Numbered from the stretch's first letter, positions 30,146-40,226 are shown. The stretch: DNA of 64,000 nt from an uncultured virus (IMG/VR IMGVR_UViG_3300034091_000306) (IMGVR_UViG_3300034091_000306), one strand, 5' to 3'. Made by a program: numbers and translations. Notes: generated by a model not told the origin, from the letters alone.

Positions 30146-30418
30146 ATGAAACCTCTCCTCATTCTTTTCTCTCTTCTTCTCATCATCGGCGCAAGCTGCG
30201 CTCCCGGCATCCACGCATGGACCGACGCCGACACGCGCAAAGCGACCGACATCGTTCATGCAGCCGACGGGCAGCTCGCTCTCTGTCCTTCCGATGGCGG
30301 CCCGTGCAAGGCCGACGACATGCGTGCGCTTGGCGACGTTGTTCGGTGCAAATCAGCAAGTCTCCTCTACACACATAGACAGCCAGTGCCCGATGACGCA
30401 GGCGGGGGTTGCAACTAA
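30146..30418 (+). CDS. putative lipoprotein
   Basis: MKPLLILFSLLLIIGASC lipobox-like signal. Confidence 0.55.
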   Translation: MKPLLILFSLLLIIGASCAPGIHAWTDADTRKATDIVHAADGQLALCPSDGGPCKADDMRALGDVVRCKSASLLYTHRQPVPDDAGGGCN

Positions 30419-30720
30419 ATGACCGACAGCGAAGATCTGTCCAAGCTCACGGAGTCGCAGATCTTTGCGCGGCTTACGCTCATCGCGCCTCACCGCTCAC
30501 CGGATGATTGGCGCCGCGCGCTGAATCTCCCCGAGCCTTTTCGTACGCAGACGCTTCAGGCGTGGCTCGATAGCGGGGATGACTGGACGCAGAATCCTGA
30601 TCACTTCGCCAACGTGGTGGCGCTCGTCAACGCGCTTGTACAAGGGGTGAGTGCGCTGGGTAGCGTCGCAGGAGCTGTTGCATCGATCGTTGCGCTCAAA
30701 GCTCTTTGAGGAGTATTCAA

Positions 30721-31524
30721 ATGCGAAGCCACGCGCTCTATCGACACTACACCGAAGAAAATCCGGCTCTCACGCCTACGGAGATCGCGCTCGGTGTTGG
30801 AGCCGTGGTCGGCATCGGGACGCTCATCTACTTCGCTACAAGGCCGCCTGCGCCTGCAGCATCTTCGACGTCGACGCTGACACCCGGCACGGTTACGGGA
30901 GCAGCCGTCGTTCTACAAGCCGGCAATCAGACGGTGAACATTCCTGCAGGGGGAATAACGATTTCACTCCCTGCCGGAGCCGCCTGGGTAGGCGCTGCGG
31001 CAGGATCTCCGCCGTCCATCGTCTTTCCTCCTCCGGCGCCGAGCACGCAAGGCAGCAGCGAGACCGTTTCGCTTCAGTGGAGTCTGAATGGCGTTACGAA
31101 CACGACAAACTTGACGCTCACCGTTGGTACGCTTCCAGGCGGCGTGGGCGGTCTCGGCAACGTACCGATTCCGATCCTTGGAACGCTGCGTCCCGGCGCG
31201 ATCATCTTTCCCGGTCAGGGTCTCTGGGCGCCGACGAGGAATCACGTCCTCACGCTCCAGACGGACAACAATCTAGTCATCTACGACGCGGCATGGAATG
31301 CGATTTGGGCTTCGAACACACGCGGCTCCGGCGCTGTGCGTGGCTACATGCAGACTGACGGGAACTTCGTGCTCTACAAGTCAACGACGTCCATGGCGCC
31401 GAGTCAGGCCGTGTGGTCGACGGGAACGTACGGGCACCCGGGCGCGTGGTGCGCGATGCAGAACGACGGCAACTTCGTCATCTACGACGTGAACGGCAAC
31501 GCGCTGTGGGCGACCGGCACATGA
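30721..31524 (+). CDS. NP-TM protein with C-terminal bulb-type (mannose-binding) B-lectin domain
   Basis: EENPAL + TM + beta domain + GVGGLG + three QxDxNxVxY motifs (QTDNNLVIY, QTDGNFVLY, QNDGNFVIY). Confidence 0.9.
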   Translation: MRSHALYRHYTEENPALTPTEIALGVGAVVGIGTLIYFATRPPAPAASSTSTLTPGTVTGAAVVLQAGNQTVNIPAGGITISLPAGAAWVGAAAGSPPSIVFPPPAPSTQGSSETVSLQWSLNGVTNTTNLTLTVGTLPGGVGGLGNVPIPILGTLRPGAIIFPGQGLWAPTRNHVLTLQTDNNLVIYDAAWNAIWASNTRGSGAVRGYMQTDGNFVLYKSTTSMAPSQAVWSTGTYGHPGAWCAMQNDGNFVIYDVNGNALWATGT

Positions 31525-31956
31525 CCGTCGACAATCCGCTTGTCATCGGTCTCGGTATCGGCTTCGGCATTAGTGTCGGATCGGCCGTCACAAGTTGGGC
31601 GATCCAATCGCTCACGAATGTCGTCAACGGGGTCTTCGAGAATATGCGCTACCGTGCGATGGGTGTCTCGGAGCAGGTGATCCTCGATCACGTTCCACGT
31701 ATGGAGAAGCGCGGACCGATGTACGCTTGCCGCGCGAAGTGCCCCATCTGTACCGATCTCGGGCTCATGCCGCTGATTCCGCTCGACACGTCGCAAGGCG
31801 CATTTCCGCCCCCGCCGCCTCCTACGCCCTAGGTCCTCGGCACGTAGAAGGTCGTGTTCGAGCTCCAATACTCCGCGAGCGCGTCATCGAGCGCCTGTCC
31901 TTCCAAGCCTCGTTGCCAGTCCTCGAGCGGATCCTTCACACGGTGACCCCAACCAT

Positions 31957-32511
31957 TCACTTGTCGATCCCCTGATAATCCGTCATACGAATCATGTGCT
32001 GATTGAAGTGCGCTATACCAAGAGTGCGCGGGTGCCCTGTCACCCGTCGAATACGAATATTGGGAATCTCCATCCCCCGCAACGTGGGAGTACCTAATAG
32101 TCGTTTGGCTTCATCAATGAGATTGACTCCCGCCAGCACAAGCGCCCTTGGCGTGGGACAGGTCCTAGGTTCACGGCGCCGTCGTGGAGGCGGGGGCGGC
32201 GGTACGTAACGCGGAGACGGCGGCGGCGCATAGCGCGGAGGCGGCTCGTAAGGCCGTCCGATGTACTCCGGCGGAATTGTCCCGGCTGTCGGATAGGCCA
32301 TCGGAGTAGGCGCGCATTCCACGGGAGGAACGATCCATCGACCCGTTCCATCCGAGAATATTTCGCGGATCGTGATGGGTCCCGTCCTCTCGAGCTGCTT
32401 CGCAACGTCGGGAACCGTTGTGATGTCCGTGACCGTGACGGCTTCCGTGGGAGACGTGATCACGTACGAAGATGTCTCAACAGGATTCGCGAAGCGTAGA
32501 AAAGCGTGCAT
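31957..32511 (-). CDS. FLRF-NP leader protein; probably truncated
   Basis: MHAFLRFANPV; N-terminal domain paralogous to 58244..59851; the tail (IRIRR...TLGIAH...IRM) resembles the start of a SprT-like domain but stops before any HExxH. Confidence 0.55.
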   Translation of the reverse strand: MHAFLRFANPVETSSYVITSPTEAVTVTDITTVPDVAKQLERTGPITIREIFSDGTGRWIVPPVECAPTPMAYPTAGTIPPEYIGRPYEPPPRYAPPPSPRYVPPPPPPRRRREPRTCPTPRALVLAGVNLIDEAKRLLGTPTLRGMEIPNIRIRRVTGHPRTLGIAHFNQHMIRMTDYQGIDK

Positions 32512-32545
32512 CACAGCTCCTTCAAAGCGTCCTGCCCATTATCGG

Positions 32546-33331
32546 TTATATGTACTTCCGCGGCCCGAAACCTCTAGGCAATCTGTACACACCGGGACCT
32601 GCTCGTAGATGAACCTCGATCTGGAGAGACGACTTTCGATTTGCCAGAGCTTTGTATTGTTCTGCAAGCGGATCGGACAACTTCCATGTCTCCGTCGGCG
32701 TCTCGTAGCCGCGTCCCGCGTCGATGAACTTCGTGCTCAGCGCTGACATCTTCTTGTCGCTGCTGTCCAATTCCTTGTTGATTGCCGCGGCCGACATGAA
32801 CTTCGGGTCTGGCCGCTCGCCACCACGAGGGTTAGGAAGTGGATGGCCGATCATCGAATGCTTCGATGCATACAAAATTGTCCCGACGATGAGTCCTCCG
32901 CCCGCGAACGCTAATACCGCCGGCATCCAATTCATCGGAGGCGGCGAGGTTTCCTGTTGATACTGCTTCGCTTCTGCCGGACTGACCGGTGCGTAATAGT
33001 CGAGCGTCGCGTAGTATAGCTGCCCCGAGCTAGTCGGTAGCGTCGTCGAAATACCAGGCCACGTCGCGATGACCCAGAACGCATTTGGTGAAGAGCCAGA
33101 AGGAAGTCCGGTCTCCTGAAGCACACCGGAAATCGCCTGCATCACGTCTGGCGGCGGAGCACCGATGGAAGTGATGTTCCACCCCAGACCTTCAAGGAAG
33201 GTCTGCGTTTGATCATCGGTCCACGTGTTCGGGACGATGACCGCAAAGCGGTAGCGCCCGCCGGGTTGAACGACGCGATCGATCTCGGGCTCCCATTCGA
33301 AGTTCTGAACGGGCGAAGTCATCGCGGACAT
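32546..33331 (-). CDS. membrane protein, TM followed by NP + helical domain
   Basis: WMPAVLAFAGGGLIVGTILYA then PLPNPR. Confidence 0.7.
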   Translation of the reverse strand: MSAMTSPVQNFEWEPEIDRVVQPGGRYRFAVIVPNTWTDDQTQTFLEGLGWNITSIGAPPPDVMQAISGVLQETGLPSGSSPNAFWVIATWPGISTTLPTSSGQLYYATLDYYAPVSPAEAKQYQQETSPPPMNWMPAVLAFAGGGLIVGTILYASKHSMIGHPLPNPRGGERPDPKFMSAAAINKELDSSDKKMSALSTKFIDAGRGYETPTETWKLSDPLAEQYKALANRKSSLQIEVHLRAGPGVYRLPRGFGPRKYI

Positions 33332-34075
33332 GGCTCACTCCTTCGGCAATGAGAGACGTACTTTCAAGAGGCGCAGCTCGCCGAGGAGATCGTCGCAGCG
33401 CACTTGAACGTCGGTCAGATTGTCGAGCGCCTGTGCGTGCTGCAGTCGAAGATCGACGTAGTCTCTTGCGATGAGCGCAAAATATTTCGCATCTGCGGAT
33501 GCTGTCCTGTCGCTGATCACTGCATCAGCGCGTTGCCGAATCACCTCGACGCTGTCGCGGAGGATCGGCTTCAGCTTGCCGATGGTGTCTCGTTCGTCGG
33601 GCGGCATGAGGACGGCGGCCATGGAAAAAGTCTACCCGATTCCTTCGAAACCGTCGCTTGGTAGCGACGTAGCGTCGATCGATCGGAGGGCGCCCTCCAA
33701 GGCTAGGCCGGCGGCGGAGCGCTCTGCGTGCTCCGCAGCAGACGTGTCGAGGAGGCTGCCCGACCACGACTCGTCGCCGCGGACCTGAAAAGCGACGCAG
33801 CTGCATCCATGCCCAACGCGCGTCGCGTGCGGCTCCATGCAGGCGTGAGGGCGCTTGTTTCGATGATCGCCGAGTTCGTGGCCGCAGAGACACTTCGTGG
33901 TGAGTTTCAAGGGCTTCTTCATAGTCGTCGAACCGTAGATCGTTAGAGACACACTGGAAAGACGAACGGCGTGCGAACCATTTCGCACGCCGTCGCCTGA
34001 GCAGTAGGGTTCCGAAACGAGAGCACCCTACCACTGTCTGCTATACGGCGTCATGCAGAAAATTTCAACCGGACC

Positions 34076-34230
34076 ATGGATCGGGCTGCTGTCTTCGTTG
34101 ACGCCGGCTACTTGTTCGCCCAGGGCTCGATCCTCCTCATGGCACGAAGCTAAAGCGCGGCGAGGTCACGCTCGATGAGGCGAAGGTGCTCGCGTTCTTG
34201 AGCGCGCTTTCTGCCCGGGCGTGGCCCATG
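34076..34230 (+). pseudogene. NYN/LabA-like nuclease remnant (frameshifted, truncated)
   Basis: MDRAAVFVDAGYLFAQGSILL then, in a shifted frame, HGTKLKRGEVTLDEAKVLAFL. Confidence 0.6.
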
Positions 34231-34261
34231 TCCATCAGCCTTCGGCGCAGGTCGCAAGGCC

Positions 34262-34286
34262 AAAAAAAAAGGGGCCGAAAAGCCCC
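34262..34286 (-). terminator. intrinsic terminator
   Basis: minus strand GGGGC-TTTTCG-GCCCC followed by T9. Confidence 0.75.
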
Positions 34287-34737
34287 ATGTAGACGTCGAC
34301 CATCCAAAAAAGGTAGCTCGGTCGGCGCATCGCGGAACTTAGGCGATTTCTTCCAGTTGTCAACCGCAATACCGAACCGCACCCGACCTCAATCGGGCGA
34401 GTGCAGGGAGGATTTTTTCGTTCACTCCGATTCAGGCGGATCCCTCGGAGGAGGCGTCATCGTGCCAGAGCTTTTTTTGCCGAGCAGCCAGCGGCTTGCG
34501 CTGTCAAGACGATTTCGAAGACGTCCGAGCGGTGCGGCGGCGTCGATCGATCCCTTGAGTGAAATCTCGAAGTCATCGATCGCAGCACGCATACGCGAGG
34601 TTGCATCCAACGCCATCGCAACCTCGTGCGGTTTCGTCGAGATCCGAGCCAGTACAAGTGCCGAGATCCAATCACAAAAAGTCAGCATGAAGAGATCGCG
34701 CGGTTCGAGCGAGGGCATCGCCAACGCAGCGTAGCAC

Positions 34738-34764
34738 CCCCCATCTGTGGGCGCCCCGTCGGTC
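34738..34764 (-). repeat. dispersed motif, copy 8
   Basis: reverse complement GACCGACGGGGCGCCCACAGATGGGGG. Confidence 0.93.
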
Positions 34765-34788
34765 CCATGTTCATGTTAGCCTTGACAA

Positions 34789-36558
34789 ATGAGCGCAGCC
34801 CTTCGATCCAACCCCCGATCGCCCTTCGTCGACGCAGGTCATGCGAAGCAAAATCTCATCCTCTACGCGATGCACACGAGCGCGCTCTACGACGCGCGCG
34901 TTCGGCTCGACAAGCTGATCAAGCGCCAGATCGAGACGGGACACTATTCGATCGAGGGAGGTCAGAAGCTCTGGCGTGGGTGGTTCGATCACGCGGCGGC
35001 TTTGTACCAGAAGGAATTCGGCGGTGATTCGTCGATTCGTTTCCCCGACGCTGTCAGGAACGCCGCAACGAAGGAGTGGGAGGAGACCGAACGAGAGTAC
35101 ATCGCCGAGGGATCGACGCCGGCAGGGAAACCCTTCGAGGGAGAGAAGCCGAACCCACTCGCTCGTCAGGGCTACAGGCGCCGTGCGGCGCTCAACAAAG
35201 ACCTCGAGCGCTACTACTCGGGGTGCATGACCGGTCACTCTGCGAAGCGTTTCAAATCGAAGGCGCGGCGTGAATCGTACTGTTCGGCGGTGAGTTGGAA
35301 GGTCGCGCGTCAAGCGGGACGCTATCCCGACTACTTCAAGGGCGTGCGGAGCAATCCCGTCTATGGCGCCTATGCTCTCGTCATCGCCGCGATTCCGTCT
35401 GGTAAGGCGACGCATGTAGAGGCAGAAGTCGTTGACGTCACCGCGACACGCGAAGCCGCGATGAGGGAACTTGCGATCCAGCAACGACGAACGGTCGGCA
35501 TGGATTCAGCGGGTATGGCGTGGGCTGTCGTTCGCTTGCCGCATACAGATGTGCCGCGAGGAACCGTCGTACGTGTTCCCGTGAAGGGGTTGAAGTTCTC
35601 GTTCGATGATGCAGGGAGCATGTCGATCAAGCGCAATCCGATCGATCGTCAGCTGACCAAGCTAGAAGCTGGAGAACTCCGAAAAGTAGCGAACAACGAA
35701 GGAATGCTCGACAGCGATCAGCTCATGATTCGTCGCCGTCTCGCGGACATGGGCTATCTCGACAAAGATTTGAGGTTGACCGCAAAGGGTCGCGCGTACT
35801 TCGTCGTGATCAAGGAGACTCCGATGCCGATGATGACGATGATCAAGAATCCGCTGCCGTGTCCTTGTGAGAAGAATCCAATTCTGACTTGGACGACTAA
35901 TCAGTACGGACGTTTTCCATACACGGCTGCTGTCACTCCAAGCGGCACCTATGTAATCAACAAGGCGTTCATGCAGATGGCTGAGAATGCATACACACTT
36001 CAGTTGATGCGTGGCGGCAGGTCTCTATCGCTCGGAGATTATCGTAGTATCGCTGAAGCGAAAGCTGTTGCACAACATGATATAGATAGCGGGAAGATCC
36101 ACAACTTCGGTATGGCGCGTGAGAATCCGCTCAAGAACCCCCTCAGCACCCCTGTAAAGACCGGAATCATCGTTGCGGGTGTCGTCTTCGTTGCAGGTCT
36201 CATTTACGCAATGACGACGAAGACCGCGTCAGCAGCGCCCGCTTCAAGTTCACCGTCAACACCGCTACAACCGCCAATACAACCACCGCCTGTACAACCG
36301 CCGGTTGTTGTTACACCGTCGGCAGTAAAACCGGTGACTTTGGAACCAGTAAACTTCCAAATCGTATATCTCCTTGGCGCCACGACTGTGTTGGTTAGTC
36401 TTCCGGCAGGAGGGGTGTGGGCATCAGCGGTGGGATCAAATGCGGCTGGACCTGCAGGCACATCTACGCCTGTATCGCTTCCGGTAGGTATATTTGATTT
36501 CTTCTGGACCGATTCGAGCGGAAATCCACAACATACAACCATGAGCATTTCTGCCTAG
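34789..36558 (+). CDS. polyprotein-like ORF with eight NP motifs, then TM and beta domain
   Basis: RSNPR, KPNPL, RSNPV, KRNPI, KNPL, KNPI, RENPLKNPL + TM + LPAGGVW...FWTDSSGNPQHTT. Confidence 0.8.
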   Translation: MSAALRSNPRSPFVDAGHAKQNLILYAMHTSALYDARVRLDKLIKRQIETGHYSIEGGQKLWRGWFDHAAALYQKEFGGDSSIRFPDAVRNAATKEWEETEREYIAEGSTPAGKPFEGEKPNPLARQGYRRRAALNKDLERYYSGCMTGHSAKRFKSKARRESYCSAVSWKVARQAGRYPDYFKGVRSNPVYGAYALVIAAIPSGKATHVEAEVVDVTATREAAMRELAIQQRRTVGMDSAGMAWAVVRLPHTDVPRGTVVRVPVKGLKFSFDDAGSMSIKRNPIDRQLTKLEAGELRKVANNEGMLDSDQLMIRRRLADMGYLDKDLRLTAKGRAYFVVIKETPMPMMTMIKNPLPCPCEKNPILTWTTNQYGRFPYTAAVTPSGTYVINKAFMQMAENAYTLQLMRGGRSLSLGDYRSIAEAKAVAQHDIDSGKIHNFGMARENPLKNPLSTPVKTGIIVAGVVFVAGLIYAMTTKTASAAPASSSPSTPLQPPIQPPPVQPPVVVTPSAVKPVTLEPVNFQIVYLLGATTVLVSLPAGGVWASAVGSNAAGPAGTSTPVSLPVGIFDFFWTDSSGNPQHTTMSISA

Positions 36559-36570
36559 AAGGAGTCGACG

Positions 36571-37251
36571 ATGATGAATCCGGTAACGTCATGTGCGTGT
36601 GAAGGAACAGACGGTCCTTCAATTTTGAGTGAGCTTCGTCAAGCGGCGCAGCGTCGAGGAATCATCAATGTGTCTTCCGTTGCGACGATCGATCTCGTTC
36701 GTTACGTGCAAGCACTTCGTACGGGTGGATCTGTCGAACGTTGGAGTCTCGCTCGTCAGCGCATGTACAACCACGAACTAAGACAACTTGGTGTATCTAC
36801 AGCACGTGAAAATCCCATCAGTACTCCCGTGAAGACGGGAATCATCGTTGCGGGTGTCGTCTTCATTGCAGGTCTCGTCTATGCGATGACGACGAAGTCT
36901 GCGTCCGCAGCGACCAGTCTAACGCCCATCTTCGTGACCGATCCTGTAGGCGGCCAGGCTATCCTGCTCACTCCCGGCAATATGGGGAGCATCAACGTCG
37001 TCAGCTCGGCGAGTTCGTCGCCGACGAGCGCCGTTCAACCTCAAATTTTCAACATCCTGGCACCATCGGGCGGGCGCATCCTCAACGTCGCGAGTTCGAA
37101 CACGAACGTCCTGTCTAGTATGGCCGGATCGACATTGACGGCCGAGGTGGCTCTTGGATCTGCGCTGCTCCCCGGTACGACGATCATTACGGTGTCGTGG
37201 TCCTTGAACGGCGCACAGCAGACATCGTCGTTTGTCGTCATCGCAAACTGA
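36571..37251 (+). CDS. NP-TM modular protein
   Basis: RENPISTPVKTGIIVAGVVFIAGLVYAMTTK, near-identical to the anchor of the previous gene. Confidence 0.75.
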   Translation: MMNPVTSCACEGTDGPSILSELRQAAQRRGIINVSSVATIDLVRYVQALRTGGSVERWSLARQRMYNHELRQLGVSTARENPISTPVKTGIIVAGVVFIAGLVYAMTTKSASAATSLTPIFVTDPVGGQAILLTPGNMGSINVVSSASSSPTSAVQPQIFNILAPSGGRILNVASSNTNVLSSMAGSTLTAEVALGSALLPGTTIITVSWSLNGAQQTSSFVVIAN

Positions 37252-37259
37252 TCTAGGAG

Positions 37260-37880
37260 ATGAGCATGAATCTCGTCGCGAATCCGATCGAAGCATCAGC
37301 TGCTGAACGTCGCTGGGCACGAGAGGCTGTACGTATGGGGCGCTTCCTTGCACGGCATCAGATCGAGCGAGGTAATGGCAGGCAGATGAGCACAGAAAAA
37401 GCGATCGAGTTCTTCGAACGCTTTCACGGCTTCCCGCACTGGGCGGCGGAAATTGCGGCTGTCTCCTACGAGGACACGTGGGCAAAGCTTGTTGGAAGTC
37501 AGATGAATCCTCTCAGTCTCGAAGGGATGAAGGAGAATCCCCTCGGCGAGGGCATTCTCGCACTCATCGGTCTCGCGACCCTCGGAACCATCGCGTACTT
37601 TTGGTACAAATCAAGCGTACCTCCGACAACGACCAATCTGTCTGTAACGGTTCAACCAGGACCGATGACGGTGTCTGCGAACGGCGCGTTGAACGTCTAC
37701 GCTGTTCTTCCCTCAGGAGGAACATGGCTCACTGCCTCGAACAACACATCACTCGACGTAGGATCGATCAATCCGATCTTGATCGCCGGGCCATATCCTG
37801 CCACACCGGTAGCATTTTCGTGGTTGTCTCCTGCAACAGGGAACGTTCCGCAGACAACAACGCTCACCGTGAATCAGTAA
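37260..37880 (+). CDS. NP-TM modular protein
   Basis: VANPI, QMNPL, KENPL + TM + LPSGGTW...PQTTTLTV. Confidence 0.75.
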   Translation: MSMNLVANPIEASAAERRWAREAVRMGRFLARHQIERGNGRQMSTEKAIEFFERFHGFPHWAAEIAAVSYEDTWAKLVGSQMNPLSLEGMKENPLGEGILALIGLATLGTIAYFWYKSSVPPTTTNLSVTVQPGPMTVSANGALNVYAVLPSGGTWLTASNNTSLDVGSINPILIAGPYPATPVAFSWLSPATGNVPQTTTLTVNQ

Positions 37881-37881
37881 A

Positions 37882-38574
37882 ATGCAAGTCATCAAAGCCG
37901 AAGATCTCCTCGACGTCGCCGATGAGGCGCAGCACTGGTATGCCGCCCAAGGCGATCCGGTCTACGCGCTAGTTTCGAGTGTCTATGCAGGACAGGACGT
38001 ACCGCTCGACGTTGCTGAGGATGCGCTCCGTAATCTGGAGAGAGACTACAGGAAGGCGAAGAAGCGTCTATCTGCTGATGCGCAACGAGATCATGATCTC
38101 TACAAGCTCGAAGAAGCGATTTACGAATTGCGGCTGTTGATCAACGAGGTCCGTACGCATGCGGCACGCTTGCCGAATCCCCTAAGCCTCCGCACCAAGG
38201 AGTATCTCCTCGGGGGAGGTCTTCTCGCAGCCGTCATCGGTGTCGCCGTTCTGCTCCGCAGCAAAACACCTCCGCCGCCCGTGAAAATCGTCACGGTGAC
38301 AGGTTCTGGGCCCGTCACACTCAACGTAGGCGATGTCCTCACGGTCGCCCTCCCGCTGGTGTCGAGCGGGAACCTCTACGCCGCATCACCATATCCTCAG
38401 GCCTACGTGAAGGAGGGATCACAAAGCGTGACCGGTCTTACGATGACGCAGAGCTGGATCATGCAGACTGCCGGCACGGTGACGATCACTTACCAAGAAA
38501 TGCTCAACGCCTTCGGGACGGGCTATGTCGCATCGAACACTCCTCCTGTCGTCATCACCATCACGGTGCAGTGA
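37882..38574 (+). CDS. NP-TM modular protein with I42-like Ig domain
   Basis: LPNPLS + TM + VTLNVGDVLTVALP. Confidence 0.7.
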   Translation: MQVIKAEDLLDVADEAQHWYAAQGDPVYALVSSVYAGQDVPLDVAEDALRNLERDYRKAKKRLSADAQRDHDLYKLEEAIYELRLLINEVRTHAARLPNPLSLRTKEYLLGGGLLAAVIGVAVLLRSKTPPPPVKIVTVTGSGPVTLNVGDVLTVALPLVSSGNLYAASPYPQAYVKEGSQSVTGLTMTQSWIMQTAGTVTITYQEMLNAFGTGYVASNTPPVVITITVQ

Positions 38575-39338
38575 TGAGCGAGTATCTCGTCGAATACTTG
38601 AACGATCGTGGAAATGTTCCAGGTATCGGTCCCGAACGAGGCGTAAAGCGCTTCAACGGGATCAGCCGGTACACAAGTCCGCACGGCAGCTATCGCTATG
38701 TCATGTATGTGAATGGCACGCCTGTCTCGGCGCTCCAAGTCGTCTCTCGTGACGGCGTCCACGCGAAGATCGCCAACGTGTACACGGTTCCAGCAGAGCG
38801 TAGAAAGCGCTTCGCCGAGACTTTGCTCATGAAAGCACGCACGGACTTCAATACGGTCGAACACGCCGATCCTGAGATGCTCACGTCTACAGGTAAGCGC
38901 TGGCGCGACACGGTCAAGGAGAACCCCATCGATCGCTACTGGTACTGGATCGGTGCCGGCGCTGCGGTCATCGGCACCTACGCCATCTGGCAGTATCTGA
39001 ATGCAACAGCGCAGGCGAAGCTCGAGTCGAGCGTTCCGCCAGGAGTGCCGCTTACATTCCAGCCGACTGACGAAACGGATCTATACGTCGTGCCGACTTC
39101 TAGGGAAAATGTCATGCTCTCATTGAGCTCAACAAACAAGATGCTCAATTACATCAACTTGCACTTCGCGCCGAATGGGCAGCTTTCAAGTAGCGACACG
39201 ACAGCGATCTCGATCGATCCGACAGCTACTGGTGCAAAGGTAACAGCGCTCGCTCTTGGCGGCGCGGTGATTACGATCAACTACGATGATCCGTCGGGGA
39301 AAAGCGACGCGATTATTGGTGTAAGCGTGTACGAATGA
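38571..39338 (+). CDS. GNAT-like domain + NP-TM + beta domain
   Basis: AKIANVYTVPAERRKRFAETLL resembles GNAT motif A; KENPI + TM. Confidence 0.65.
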   Translation: MMSEYLVEYLNDRGNVPGIGPERGVKRFNGISRYTSPHGSYRYVMYVNGTPVSALQVVSRDGVHAKIANVYTVPAERRKRFAETLLMKARTDFNTVEHADPEMLTSTGKRWRDTVKENPIDRYWYWIGAGAAVIGTYAIWQYLNATAQAKLESSVPPGVPLTFQPTDETDLYVVPTSRENVMLSLSSTNKMLNYINLHFAPNGQLSSSDTTAISIDPTATGAKVTALALGGAVITINYDDPSGKSDAIIGVSVYE

Positions 39339-39537
39339 ACAACACCGCCGAATTCGAACGTTCAGGACAGCGCCTGCTTCAGTACATGAAGCAATTCAAG
39401 AAGACGTTGTCTCGACGGGACATGCGCATGATCAGGATCGGCATGCGCGCTTCGCACATCGAGGAAGCCCTGTCGACGGGAGACACGGAGCGCGCGAATT
39501 CGCACCTCAAGCAGATGATCAAGGACCTGAAGCACGT

Positions 39538-39888
39538 ATGAAAACGCTTCCATACAACCGATACATCACGAAGATCGCCGATCATTTGGTCGATGACTAC
39601 AATTTGCATCCCGATGATGCGGTGGAGCTCATCGACATGAATCAGCGGAATGTCATCCACTGGTATGGAAGTGCGACACCAAAATTGGTGGCGTACCAGT
39701 TGATGCTTCAGCTGCGGAGCATGGTCACAGCGAATCCGATCGACGTACCGCACGTTGCGTTGACGCTGGGCGCGGTGAGCGCACTAGCTGTCGGAGTCTT
39801 CCTGATCGCCGAAGCTGTGAAGCAGATGAACCAACCCGTGCCAGAACCAGGCTACGTCTACAACCCGCCGACGACACTCTACGTTTGA
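39538..39888 (+). CDS. NP-TM small protein
   Basis: TANPIDVPHVALTLGAVSALAVGVFLIA. Confidence 0.65.
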   Translation: MKTLPYNRYITKIADHLVDDYNLHPDDAVELIDMNQRNVIHWYGSATPKLVAYQLMLQLRSMVTANPIDVPHVALTLGAVSALAVGVFLIAEAVKQMNQPVPEPGYVYNPPTTLYV

Positions 39889-39905
39889 ATTTCTAGGAGA
39901 TTCTA

Positions 39906-40226
39906 ATGGGTACCCTTCTACGATTTCAGCCGGCTGACCGACGAGGTGCCCACAGTGGGGGGTCGTTGTGGTTCGTGGAGGCGGGCTGGCACGGCATCGA
40001 CTGGCCGATGCGGGACGCGCTCACGAAGCGCGTTCGGGGTAGTGTGGGATCCGGGATGGACATGACGTCCAAGCGCTACGACATCACATGGACGGCAAAG
40101 ACAGAGAAACGTGCGCGGGCCATCGCGTCGAAGATCGGTGAAGCGGTCTACGGCGAAAATGATCTGCGCGTACGCCATGGCGTTCCTGTGACGCACGTTC
40201 GTTTGAACGTCTATCGAGGAGATTGA
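39906..40226 (+). CDS. hypothetical protein with LLRFQP leader
   Basis: MGTLLRFQPA immediately followed by the motif-encoded DRRGAHSGG. Confidence 0.6.
   Translation: MGTLLRFQPADRRGAHSGGSLWFVEAGWHGIDWPMRDALTKRVRGSVGSGMDMTSKRYDITWTAKTEKRARAIASKIGEAVYGENDLRVRHGVPVTHVRLNVYRGD
39936..39962 (+). repeat. dispersed motif, copy 9 (in frame)
   Basis: GACCGACGAGGTGCCCACAGTGGGGGG. Confidence 0.93.
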
